Positions 1 to 11,000 of a DNA stretch of 35,932 bases are shown here, piece by piece. Position 1 is the first letter of the stretch. Each line of letters opens with the position of its first letter. Source of the stretch: Pseudovirgaria hyperparasitica. Taxonomy: Eukaryota. The stretch lies in NCBI GenBank assembly GCA_010093815.1, contig ML996582.1. One strand, 5' to 3'. The translations under genes and the position numbers were made by a program. The notes under the pieces were generated by a model. The model was not told the origin of the DNA. It worked only from the letters and a program-made list of their open reading frames with translations, and searched no databases.

Positions 1-369
1 GCGCGTCGTTTCCAAGGCGGCAAACCCGAGTCAAAGTGCATCTATGCGAGTCAGTGGCGTCGCGCTTGGGATGGGAAACGTGGGAAACGATGTCTAGATA
101 GGAAAAGACAATCTGCATGTCATTGTTAGCGCTCATTGGACTTCGATGGGTGGAATAATAGTACTTGCTAACATAGCAATAACAGAGCGATCTTATTACA
201 TGGCCGTGGGTCTAGGTCCACAACGCCATGGCGAGTAGGTCTGCGGGAATTCATGTGTCAGACATCAGATGAATCCTAATCCGTGGCCTCTGGTGGTAGA
301 GGCCGTTCTACACGGCTCAAGAACCGGGCCTGCCGATAGTAAGGTGTATACTTATGGTTAGCTCCGCTT

Positions 370-860
370 ATATGATAGTATATCTCGAATAGTAATAGCT
401 CAAGTATAATAGTATTTATTCTTTATATAGTATATTTATATTTATTAAAAAAATCTTATATCTAATAGATTATCTATGTTTAGTAATTCTATTTATTACT
501 ATTTTTTATATATTACTACTATAAATAGAATAGAATATTAAAAAGTATAAAAGAAAGTATCTCTTAAATACTATTATTTATAATAATTAGTATTATAGTA
601 AATATATATAAAATAGTTACTCTAGATATTATATAAATATAAACTCTATTATCTATAGATATTCTTAAATTATAAATAACTCTATTTTATAAGTATTATA
701 AGTAGCTTATTTATATTCTAATTCTACTAGTATAGTTAACTAATATACTTTTATAACTAGAATTAATATAGATATCTCTAGAATTATAGAAAGATACTAA
801 GCTAATTAATATCTAATACTTAGCTTATATAACTACTCTTTATTATGTAAAATTCCTATG
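370..860. repeat. AT-rich RIP-degraded relic (probable remnant of a repeat/transposon or duplicated gene)
   Basis: Abrupt switch to very AT-rich sequence saturated in TpA (tata, ctag, taa/tag) with CpA and TpG almost absent between about 420 and 840. This is the dinucleotide signature of repeat-induced point mutation in Pezizomycotina. Edges are graded; no TIR or LTR recognised. Confidence 0.8.
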
Positions 861-2052
861 ATAAAAATAGCTTTGACTTCTCCTTGTTCTAACCAGAGCG
901 AGCCTACTGTATTTAAGGGAACTGATCCGAGTGAATACGACAGGGTTCTGAATCCGGAAGAGGCTGGGGGCTCATGGAAAAACACTGTCAAAGCGTGGGT
1001 AAATATAACTAACGAACAAGCGCAGATGGAGTTGAAGTAGTATGTATGTACCTAGGAACAAGGGAGGGAGACGTCAATGGCGCGCGGGAGCATAAGTGGA
1101 CTGGGACCTGCCTTCCCGGATCTGCCAAGCTATTTCCGGCTTGCGTTCCTTCCCTGACCATTGGCTTAGACAGACGCCCTCTGCTCCGGAGCACACTGCC
1201 ATCTGCAGCCTGTCTTATCCTGTCTTGTCCGCCGACTCACCCCCGCTCCTTGTTTTATTTGCTCTTACGAACAGAGTACTTGCAACTCATGCAGTCAGTG
1301 TACAAGCTTTACTGGTCTCGTTCCTACAGGCTACCTGTCGTAGGGCTCTTCTGGGCACCGTGTCGTCGGGCCGAAGGAGGGGGGGGGAGGGGGGCTAATA
1401 AGCTTTCAGAATCCACTGGACCCGCAGAAATATGCATGTACAGGTGTGAGCGGAGATGTTGATGCTGATATGTATCAGCTTTGTATATGAGTACGAGTGT
1501 CGACACCTTCTTCCATGGCTGGTCATGTTTCAGCAGTCTGTGTGTTCTCAGGGCTATTAGTCTCTTGGAGACACCAGGGCGATCGTAGCGCTACTTGTTG
1601 ATTTCGAGGCAGCGAGTCATCCTGGCTAGGCCCGAGCCGGCCGGTTTGCGTGCTCCAAACCGTACTAAAACGGCATCAGAATAGCGTCTTGGTGGTCCAA
1701 CCATAGATCTGTACTGCCCGACGGGGAAGGTTGTCCACCCGCGTAGTCGGCCGTCCCCTGCTCAGCGCACTTGTGCGTGTCTCATGCGGCAGTTGAAGGA
1801 TCCAAGTAGTTGAAGGAAAAGCTGGTGATACATTTACACCATCCCGACTGTCTGGTCAGCCCTGGGCTTTCTTTCGAGGTCCAGGGGAGGTGAGCAAGCC
1901 CAGGCTTCGTACATATTTGTGCGGACTTGCTGTCTCTCTTGTTTAAAATTATTGCTCTTCGACAGTCCATCTCCTACTCAATCTTTCTGTCATCACTCAT
2001 TGTACAAAGCTGAACATACGAACTATCATCATCTAGTGATTACCCCATCATC

Positions 2053-2381
2053 ATGTGTGATTATACACAAGTCCATTACAAGTGTCAACATCTGCGGTAT
2101 ATAGTTCGCGCCTGGTGTACACGATATCAAGAGACCCACGTAAGATGTCCGGTAAACGTGGTGGCTGTGTAAGTACAAGCACGCCATATATGACTTCATG
2201 ACAGCTAATGACTTTCCAGAGAACATCGACTCACTGAAAATTGTGGTGAGTGGAGATCAATCCCCTGCTTTTGTCTTGGCGCGATCTGTCGACAACTAAA
2301 AAGACTAAATTTCGAACCACAGGCGACTGCCGAGGCACGACGACATCAACACATCTGCGTTCTGGACGACTCTCGATATGA
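2053..2381 (+). CDS. Small (66 aa) Cys/His-rich intracellular protein, 3 exons, putative Zn-binding; uncharacterised
   Basis: Exons 2053-2168, 2220-2245, 2323-2381. Intron 1 is 2169-2219 (GTAAGT...GCTAAT...CAG); intron 2 is 2246-2322 (GTGAGT...ACTAAA...CAG). Spliced frame reads MCDYTQVHYKCQHLRYIVRAWCTRYQETHVRCPVNVVAVEHRLTENCGDCRGTTTSTHLRSGRLSI*; the CxxC forms only across the second junction. ATG context ATCATG. Confidence 0.8.
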
Positions 2382-3986
2382 CTGACCCATAAGCATCGGA
2401 GCGGTGAAGTCACGGTTCAAAGGCGCCGGCGGAAAACTTCTTGTCAGCTCTATAGAAGGCGTTGTAAGCATGTGTATGTGGTTGATCTGGCTCTGTTTGT
2501 TGAGCGAACAAAGAGAATGGCGTTGGTCATGGCGTTCAAAAGCATCATTATTCACCAAACGTTAGATTTAGTATGAGGGCTGGGTTGAACATTGGCTTGG
2601 TAACATATCGAGACTCGACGAACTGGCGGCACTAGGACAAGTACAAACTAGTGCCAGTGGTACTACTAGGTCAAGTGTTGATAGAGTACATGCTGGCTGA
2701 AGCTCGGACAGCTAATCACATACAGTATCTGCATACTAGTGTACTGTATATTGGATTGAGTATGATGATGAGTGACAATATTGAGAATGAGCTGCAACTC
2801 GGCATGTCTAGCAACAAGATTAATCTCCCCGTCTTCCCATGCGGTTTTGGCCTCGGGACAGGTTCATGGATGTTCCCATGCGTACTGCAAGCTCAACGGC
2901 AAATCCCTACGACTATAGTCACTATCTGAACTACACAACGCTTGCCAACCCCCTAGGGTAAGAATTCGTTAGACTTGGATGTCCCTAGGGAAATGACGCA
3001 GTGCGCAGAGACAGCTGTTATTAGTTTACAAGCACGGCATTTAGCTATGCCAAAAGGCGCGTGTTTCAAAGAATGTCTTTCGATCTGGGTACTGTTACTG
3101 TTCCGTGGACCGAGCCGCATGGTTGGGATATCGGTGTCCCTTTGTTCCGCTTGTGTCGCGTGAGACGCTCCATAGAGAGCGGAACCGCTGTTACAGGCAT
3201 ACACCAGGTGAGGGACTAGGTTTGCTTGTGATACCTATCAGCCCCTTCCCCGAGGAATCGGAACCCAAAGACCTCGAAGAAATGTAGGAAGCTCATTTCG
3301 GCTCATCTCTGCCAAGGTCTCCAAGGTGAGGGAACAAGGCCAGGCCCATGAAAGTGGCTCATATGAAGACCCATCTCTAAAATCTCATCTACAGTGTATC
3401 GTAAACTAAAGAGAGGGGTTTGATTGTAGTCCTAAGCAGCATCGATACATATGCTCAGAATTCTCATGTACGTGCATGAGAGAAGAGGCTGTTCTTCAGG
3501 TATGTGATCATCCATTTGTCATGGACAGACAGGTCAAGAGAAGTTCACAACCAATCCTGGAAGCAACGATGTACAAGAAGCGCGTATATACAGACGTATG
3601 TTGGGGTGTCTTCTTGGCCCCTGAGAACGAACACTTCAGGCCGCTTTATGCCCTGTTTAAGTACTATTCTTGGTAAGACTTGGAGCGGGAACCATCCCTT
3701 GTCATGCAAAGTGCACATCCTGTTCCTGTCGTCTGATAGAGTACTGCATCAGATGGCGCAACCGCGGAAGGATTATATCCCCGCGATGGCGCGCAATGGA
3801 AAGGGACCGGGCAGGATTCTTGAGTGCATTCGGGGACATTTTGATTTGTTTCTTTCCTTTTGGAATCCCGAAAGTCACATGATACATGCCGTGGACTCCG
3901 ATATCGTACTACATACTACACGCACGCAAATAATCACCATTGACCCTGGCCCAGACACCTTTCACGTCCGACCTGTACGCTGAAAC

Positions 3987-5430
3987 ATGAGTCGCGACAC
4001 CAGCACAACAGCTCTCGATACATACGCCGTCCTTGTGACCGGAGCCAACAGGTAAGTTACGCCTTCAGTGCAGTCACCGCAAGAACCACAGTCGACGACT
4101 CGGACAAGCTGACGTCTACAGTGGAGTTGGCTTCGCCATCTGCTGCCGCCTCATTGATGAATACCTACAAAGAAACCTCCCCCATCTTGTAGCGACGAGA
4201 TTCGTCCTCATAGTCACGACCCGCAACCAGCGCAAAGGCAGCGACACCTCCCAGAAGCTTCGTCAACACATTAACAATTTATGTGCGAAAGAAGAGAGAC
4301 GATTCCCTGGCATCACGGAATTATGGCAACCAAGGGTCGAGGTTAGGGCAGAAATTCTGGACCTGACTTCAATTGTGTCCGTACAAGGCCTAGCTGAGAA
4401 AATGCTATCAGACAGAAGTACTACTGGCCTGCAAAAGTTAGATGCAATAATATGTAATGCTGGGATCGGTGGTTGGACTGGTGTCAATTACCCCAAGGCC
4501 ATATGGAACATACTGACCAATTGGGTGGACTCTGTCTCTTACCCTTCTTTCAAGACTGCTGGAATTGGATGGGTTACCCGATCACAGGTTGTCTCGGAAG
4601 AGTCTCGGGGACAAAAGTCATCTCCATTGAAGGTTGATACTGAACCTCCCCTTGGCGAAGTCTTCTGTGCAAACGTGTTCGGTCATTACTTGCTTGGCTA
4701 TTACCTCGGACCTCTTCTGTCGACGCCATCTAGACATCATCCGGCTCGAATCATCTGGATGTCAAGTCTGGAAGCATATGCTGATCAATTCCACCTTGAA
4801 GACTTCCAAGGTCTGAAAACGAAGTGGGCTTACGAATCATCTAAAAGATTGACAGATGTCTTGGCGCTCACGTCCGAAATGCCATCTGTTTCTCGCTGGA
4901 TTGATAGCTACACAAGCTCGCCTAACGCTTCACAGACAATGTCTAAAGCTGATTCACGAACCACGCGGCCATGTCTTGTTCGTCCTAAGCAGTACCTCGC
5001 TCACCCAGGAATATGCGCGACTGGTATTCTGCCAGTGCCTTGGTGGCTCGAATGGGCCATGACACTGGCACTCCACGCCGCACGCTGGATGGGCTCTCCG
5101 TGGCATCCAGTCGTTGCCTATCTCGGAGCCGTTGCTCCTGTCTGGCTAGCTATGGCATCTGCCACCAGCCTTGAGGCTATGGAGGAGACAGAAGGGAAAG
5201 GCAAATGGGGCAGTGGAACAGACCCAAATGGTAGCGAATGTGTACGGCGCATGTGGGTTCATGGCTGGGGCTGGGGTGGCAAAGAACAGGAAAAGGTGCT
5301 GCCAGGGAGACGTAAGGGTACCGAATATGCCACGGCGCAAGACAGAGAGGCTTTTGAAGAACTAGGCATCGCATGCTGGAAAGAGATGGAGGCATTGCGA
5401 CAAGAGTGGCACCGGCTTTTGTTCGAATGA
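3987..5430 (+). CDS. ERG27: 3-keto-steroid (3-ketosterol) reductase, SDR family, about 457 aa, 2 exons
   Basis: Exons 3987-4051 and 4122-5430; intron 4052-4121 (GTAAGT...GCTGAC...CAG). Splicing builds the Rossmann motif VLVTGANSGVGFAICCRLIDE. Downstream motifs NAGIG, LGEVFCANVFGHY, WMSSLEA and catalytic YESSK are typical of Erg27. The ORF-track entry 4375..5430 is N-terminally truncated. Confidence 0.93.
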
Positions 5431-5849
5431 CTATTCCAAAGAACGCCGAGAATGTTGTACAGCACCTTTTTTTAATCTGCTTTGCTGTGATACCCAATCT
5501 ATCGAGCCTACATCAATGTTCAGTGTTATATTCAAGGTAGAAATTAGAGACAATGGCAAGCGATTCTTCAAAGGGGAGAATAAATATCCACAGTCTAGAG
5601 GGTGACCTTGCATGTTGTGTGATCATACCAACATACTGACTGGGGCTTATATGCAGATGGAGGCGTTGATCAGGCTGATCATCCTTCTCACCCGCAGCCG
5701 TTGAAGCCCACGTGCTGACATTTTCTGAAAAAATGAGCCCCATGACTTTGTAGGTTCGTTGAGTATTCAGTCCGGCACATTATGAATGACAAAGACACCT
5801 GAGTCACTGTATCATGGCTCTTAACTTTATGGTCACCCTGCCAGGACTC

Positions 5850-7980
5850 TGAGTTTCAGACATCTGTCGATGTCGCGCTATTAAGTTTTTTTTTCAGCAT
5901 ACAGGGTAGAAGGACCGCAAAGCTCGAGGCCGGGTTGCTAACAATAATGACATTCAGGACCATATCGTCCATGCCCGAAACGGCATTCCGTTTCCGAAAT
6001 GGGCCTGGAAAGGGCTGGAACCGACGGCGACAGGGCTATACTGACGTGCAGCTGCAGATCCATCCCGGCGGCCTTTTTACTACGATCCCTCTACTCCTGG
6101 AACCCAGGACACGTACGTATTTGCAGACATTTTGTCCTTTCGTAGTGGTCGTATCATCGTCTCCAACGCCATACTGCAATCCATGCGTCTCACACCACGT
6201 CAGTAGAGAAGCATCAACATCAACGTTCGAGGCAAAATATTACAGCCACGGCCCTGGTCGCCTATGCAGTATACTACTATGTATGTACTATGTAATGTAC
6301 CATCACGCCATGCAGCATGCCGTCTGGCGCTCCACGGAGTCCACGCCCATCGTATGGGCGAAAGTGCCGTGACTGCAGGGGAACCCATGCCGGAAGAGTA
6401 CGCCGGAGCTCCCAACGCTCCCGAGACCTTGGATTTTTTTGGACGACACTTGCATGACACCAAAGAAGTTCCGATTGTCGATCAGACCCAGAGGAGCCAC
6501 CCCTCCTCTGTCGTCCTCTTCGCCCGCTCAAATGTCGGTGTAAACGTCAACCATACGGCGGGCTGGAATTCGCAAGCTTACTTTTGTTGTCTTAGTTGGA
6601 GCCATGCGATCGGACTGGACTGGCCTTGGTGGAGTTGTGCTAATGTAGCTTGCAGACTCAACAACTCGCGTGTCGAAGCTACCTTGATAACCCTATTAGC
6701 CATGGATGGATCCTAATTCGCGACTCGGAAAACACGCCGGACCATACAGAGCACAACTATACACACTTGCCCATACACTTCAAACACTTCAAACACGGTA
6801 CCTCAGACACAGTACACCATATATATACTAACACACAAACGCCATACAAAATACGCCGTACACAGTTTGCAAGGAATTGATATCTCCGGTGTGAGCGACA
6901 TACACGAACACAATCATCGAGTTAAGACAGCAACTTGATACATCACCAATCCCTGCAGTCTCCACACAAGCCAAGCAATGTAAAATTACTAAAAACATAC
7001 CTTCCCTGGCTTCGCCCACCCCGTCGATCGAGAGCTCCTTGAGAGCATTAGGATGATACGTACGTACTATGTACGCGTCCACCATGATCACAGACAAAGA
7101 AGTCGCTAATTTTAAACGCCGACGTCGCACAAGCGGGCCCCCACGCCTCCACCACCCCCTCTCTTTCTTACGCACATAACATACAATCCATACATACATG
7201 ATGATAGACTTGATAGTACGCATATCTTCTCCACACATACCGTACCCTTTTCGGAATACGGAACACCCATTTCTGTGGATCTTGATGCGCGCCCTTTCCC
7301 CCCTCCCCCCTCTCCACTAAAAAGAAAATCCTCCTCCCCCACTTGATATTCACTTTGCATTGCGCTATGCATCACATCAACATGTCCTCCCATCTGACTA
7401 CCACCACTACTAGTAGTAGTTACAAGACTCCATTTCGTTAATCTCATTCCACTTCTACGGTATTGTCGTCCCTCCATCTACCCTTGTCTTCCCCTCCGGC
7501 TTACCTACCTAACCGGTCCAGGACCTTACTTACTCCTCGCCGGGCTCAGCAAAGGACAGACACTAAAGACAGCGCTCGTACTCGGGACTCACTGGTGGGA
7601 ACATAGACTTGTTTATCTTCCTTGTCGTTTTTAAGTGGGCGAGTCCAGCGCGCCGCGCCGTTCGCGCCGTTCCCAGTGAGACCCGCTCGAAATAAACCTC
7701 AGCTACGCTCGCGTGGGAGACAGTCACTATCTTCATTCGAGCTAGTCGAAGTAGGGCCTAGTGATAGAGAGACGACCTTACCGGATTGGGACAGGAGAAG
7801 ATCGGGAGTGAGCAACTTTACGGGGGCGTTGTGAATAGTGATACGTTGACATGTGAGGTGCGACGTGCGAGGTTCACTAGACTATGGCGATTGAAGTGTA
7901 TACATTTTGTCAAAACAAGTATGAATATAATAAGAAGATGGTGGTAGCAAGATAGTCATGACTTGCGGATAATAAGATAT
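5850..7980 (+). ncRNA. Candidate long structured non-coding RNA (telomerase RNA hypothesis); boundaries approximate
   Basis: No credible CDS in a 2.6-kb convergent gap; several perfect hairpins; G-U wobbles favour the + strand; TAACCCTA at 6688-6695 lies immediately 3' of a helix. Pseudoknot and P6.1 were not convincingly identified. Confidence 0.25.
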
Positions 7981-8065
7981 GACTTCACTCATATTTTGAC
8001 AGCTAATCATCGCCTGCATAATTTCATTGCCAATAACTCTCCGTCTTCATGATCCCCGATCATGC

Positions 8066-11000
8066 TTATGATTTTGCGCTCCACTTCTCGTTAAACGCAT
8101 TTACTGCTACGGCAACCTGTCCGTAGAACCAATTTCTACTTCCTTCGTCCTGGACCGGTATGAATGGCCCGTTCGTTCCCCCTTTCAACGATATGCTGAT
8201 CCCCGTTCTTTCTTTGCTGATAGTAGCGACATCTTTGAGCGGCACATCCCATTCGGTCGTCAGCTTCTTTGTGCGGACTAGTAGGATGGTATTATATGTC
8301 AGCATGACAAGCATATCTGCATTGCCTGAAGGTCCACGACGAGCTGGTGACTGTGGCAACTGCGCTGACTGGCTTGGAGATAACGACGATCCGAGCTCAA
8401 GATGAGCGACATAATCTTCATTGAACCACTTGCCGTTGTCCAAGGTCTTCAGCCAGAACTGTCCAAGAGCTTCACGCTGAGAGTATGGACGGACAACCCC
8501 ATCGCGCCCGATAAAGCGTGTGAGACGCACACGATCAAGACCTTCTTGATCAAAGACCGTCGTTGTGTTCCGTACGCCTTCGGCCATGTTGCTAGCAAGG
8601 TCAAAAGCACCGATAGCAGGTTTCGTCGCTAGGCCGAGCACACCTTTCCCTACACCTTTCATGAAGCCGGCTACGCCCTCCTTCTCTGCTCCCTGAATAG
8701 GGTGTCGAGCTAAGCCACCAATACCAGATGCAAGCGATGACGCAAAGGCATTTCCTCCGGAGGTGATTCCGTAAAGGGCATGCTTTGGTCGGTTGCGTGA
8801 ACGGCTCATGCGACGCTGGTCTTGGAATTCCTTGTCCATAGACGCGGCGCTGAGACCCTTGGAAATTGATCCTGTGAACTTGGCCATACTGTCCGAGAAC
8901 CCAAATACACTCTTCTTCACGAAGCTACTTGCTCCCTTAGCAATACCAATACCAAGCTCTTGCGGCCTATCAGTCATAACTAGTCCCTGATATGGTTCGT
9001 AAAAGATGTCCGCCACACCCGATGAGATATTGTTGAACAAGCCGACAGGGTTACCGAGGAAGTCGGCGGATCCCAGGACAATATGAACTTGTCGCAGTGA
9101 TTCTTGTACGTAATGCGACCGGACATTCGAGATCAGCGCCGTCATCGATACGCGAGCATTTTCGAGCATGAGTGCGTTGTAGCGTACCGGTGCATCGTTG
9201 ACATTACCAATAGACATCGTCAATACATTGACTGCGAACATGAAAGGGTTGGACGATGTTGCAGTGTCCTCAGCATTGATGCGCTCCGTTCTTACAAACG
9301 ACAAGTCGAATTGCATGGGTTGAAGGTGAAGTAGTTCGAAGTAGACATCCTGTCCCGACTGTTCTTGTTGGGGTTCAGGCAATTCTAGCCGCTCATCACA
9401 AAGCTTGCCTTGTTTCTCTTCTGACCACGAGGCTCCTGGGATCTTAGTGAAATCGAGGAGGGCAAAGATAAAGTCCTCGTCAATCTCCAAGGTCATTTGC
9501 TGAAGGAGGATGGTGAAGTACTTAATGTATATCACGCCATATGAATCATCCTTGACTCTGGAGAGCGTCGCGTGCAGAATTGGATGCGCCTCCATTTCTC
9601 GACCGGTCTTGGGTACAACACTAGGATAGAAGAGGATTGGAAAGATTCCACCATAGAGTTGATTGTCAATCTGCATCCACTTGATTGTGAGACCTAAAGT
9701 CTGAAAAAGTGCCGATTCCGAGTATTTGAGCTCGATGTCCCGAAGAGTAAGATAGACAAGCTCGCGCAGCTGAGCATTGACCAAAGACACGCCGATACCT
9801 GCGAGTCGCAAAGTGGCTTTGAAGGTCACATCTGTGTCCTGCTCCTTGACTTCGAAGCCTGAAGTTGTCGATTGAGAAGCAGATGCGCTCTTCTGTTTGT
9901 ACAAACTCTTTGAAGGCTTATAAGTGGACAGGATGAGCGTCTGGGTTGGGCCGTCGGCAATTACGTTGAGATCAATGACTTTCTGTCTGTTGACCTCGGG
10001 TGTAGGAGGTAGCCTCATTGGTATCAGGTTACCAATCTCAGCGAGTCTGACGTGCCTTTCCCTTCCATTAGCAGTGAGGATTATCTCTTTGTTCTTCGCT
10101 GCAGGATGATCCCAAGCGTATGGCATGACACTTCTAGGAGGAAGTCTGTACCGGATTGGTCGCCACCCGGAACCACGATCCTCCTCATCTTCATCAACAT
10201 TTGGATTTGCTTGGTAGAATAAGAACTCTGTGTCACTCTCGTTCCGCATTGAGAAAGGCCAGTGCTTCGTCTCAATGCTCAGCTGTAAAAATATGGTCGC
10301 TCCTTCCATCAGAATGTCCACACGGACAAGTTGTTGACGTTTACCGTTTTTGGCTAGTTTGACGTGAACATTGCCAACATTAGCAATATCGAATGCTGAA
10401 GACCACTGATTGCTCACTCCTGGGAAGCATAGTGAGAGTTGTTGGCCTACACTCTGTCGCAGATATCTAAGGGGCTGGAGCTGACCAGATCTGAGTGTCA
10501 TGATGTTTGAGGACCCAGGTTCTCGTATGCTGATATCCTCTTTCATGCGATTCTTCACGATAAAGCGAGGAGCAATTGTAACAACCTTGCATAGGTTATA
10601 CTTTCCTTCGCCTTCTGCAACATTAATGCCTATGTGCATCTCGGAACAGCCATTGCCAGAAGTCAGCGACACATCGTATGCACTTCCGATGGCATCAAAG
10701 CTCTGTGGTTTGCTCCATTGAGAATCGCCAACCTTGAGCAAAGCACGATTCTTCTTGTCGTCCGTTGGAAAAGAGAACATGAACGGATGTGCTTTCTGTG
10801 CGTCTTCATCCTCTTCTTGAACAAATACTGCTTGTCCTGCAGCAGCCTTAGCTTGGCCCATGAATTGTTTGCTGCGAACATCCAGTTCAAGCCCAGTGCG
10901 ATTTAGTATGACGTAAGGGCTGTAAATTGTGACTTTGAAGGCACCGCCGCTATCAGGAATCTTGTAGTAGTGAAGGCTGAGTCTTAGACTGAGGTCTTTG

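Noticed and set aside
1046..1462. 138-aa ORF and G-run at 1376-1394
   Set aside because: Low-complexity intergenic sequence; no domain; G-run alone is not evidence of function.
3476..3983. Overlapping ORFs upstream of ERG27
   Set aside because: Lie in the ERG27 promoter region; no motifs or consistent splice model found.
6277..6606. Minus-strand MAPTKTTK|GTAAGC micro-exon spliced to ORF 6277-6531
   Set aside because: No convincing branch site and the product has no protein-like features; cannot be fully excluded without RNA-seq.
5935..6716. ORFs 5935-6372 and 6264-6716, with branch/acceptor-like GCTAAC...CAG at 5937-5957
   Set aside because: Overlapping ORFs in several frames with atypical composition; no frame gives a recognisable protein.
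7590..7605. GGTGGGAAC resembling RNase P CR-I
   Set aside because: Diverges after GGGAA and no matching CR-V partner found; SRP, MRP and C/D snoRNA box pairs were also not found by eye.
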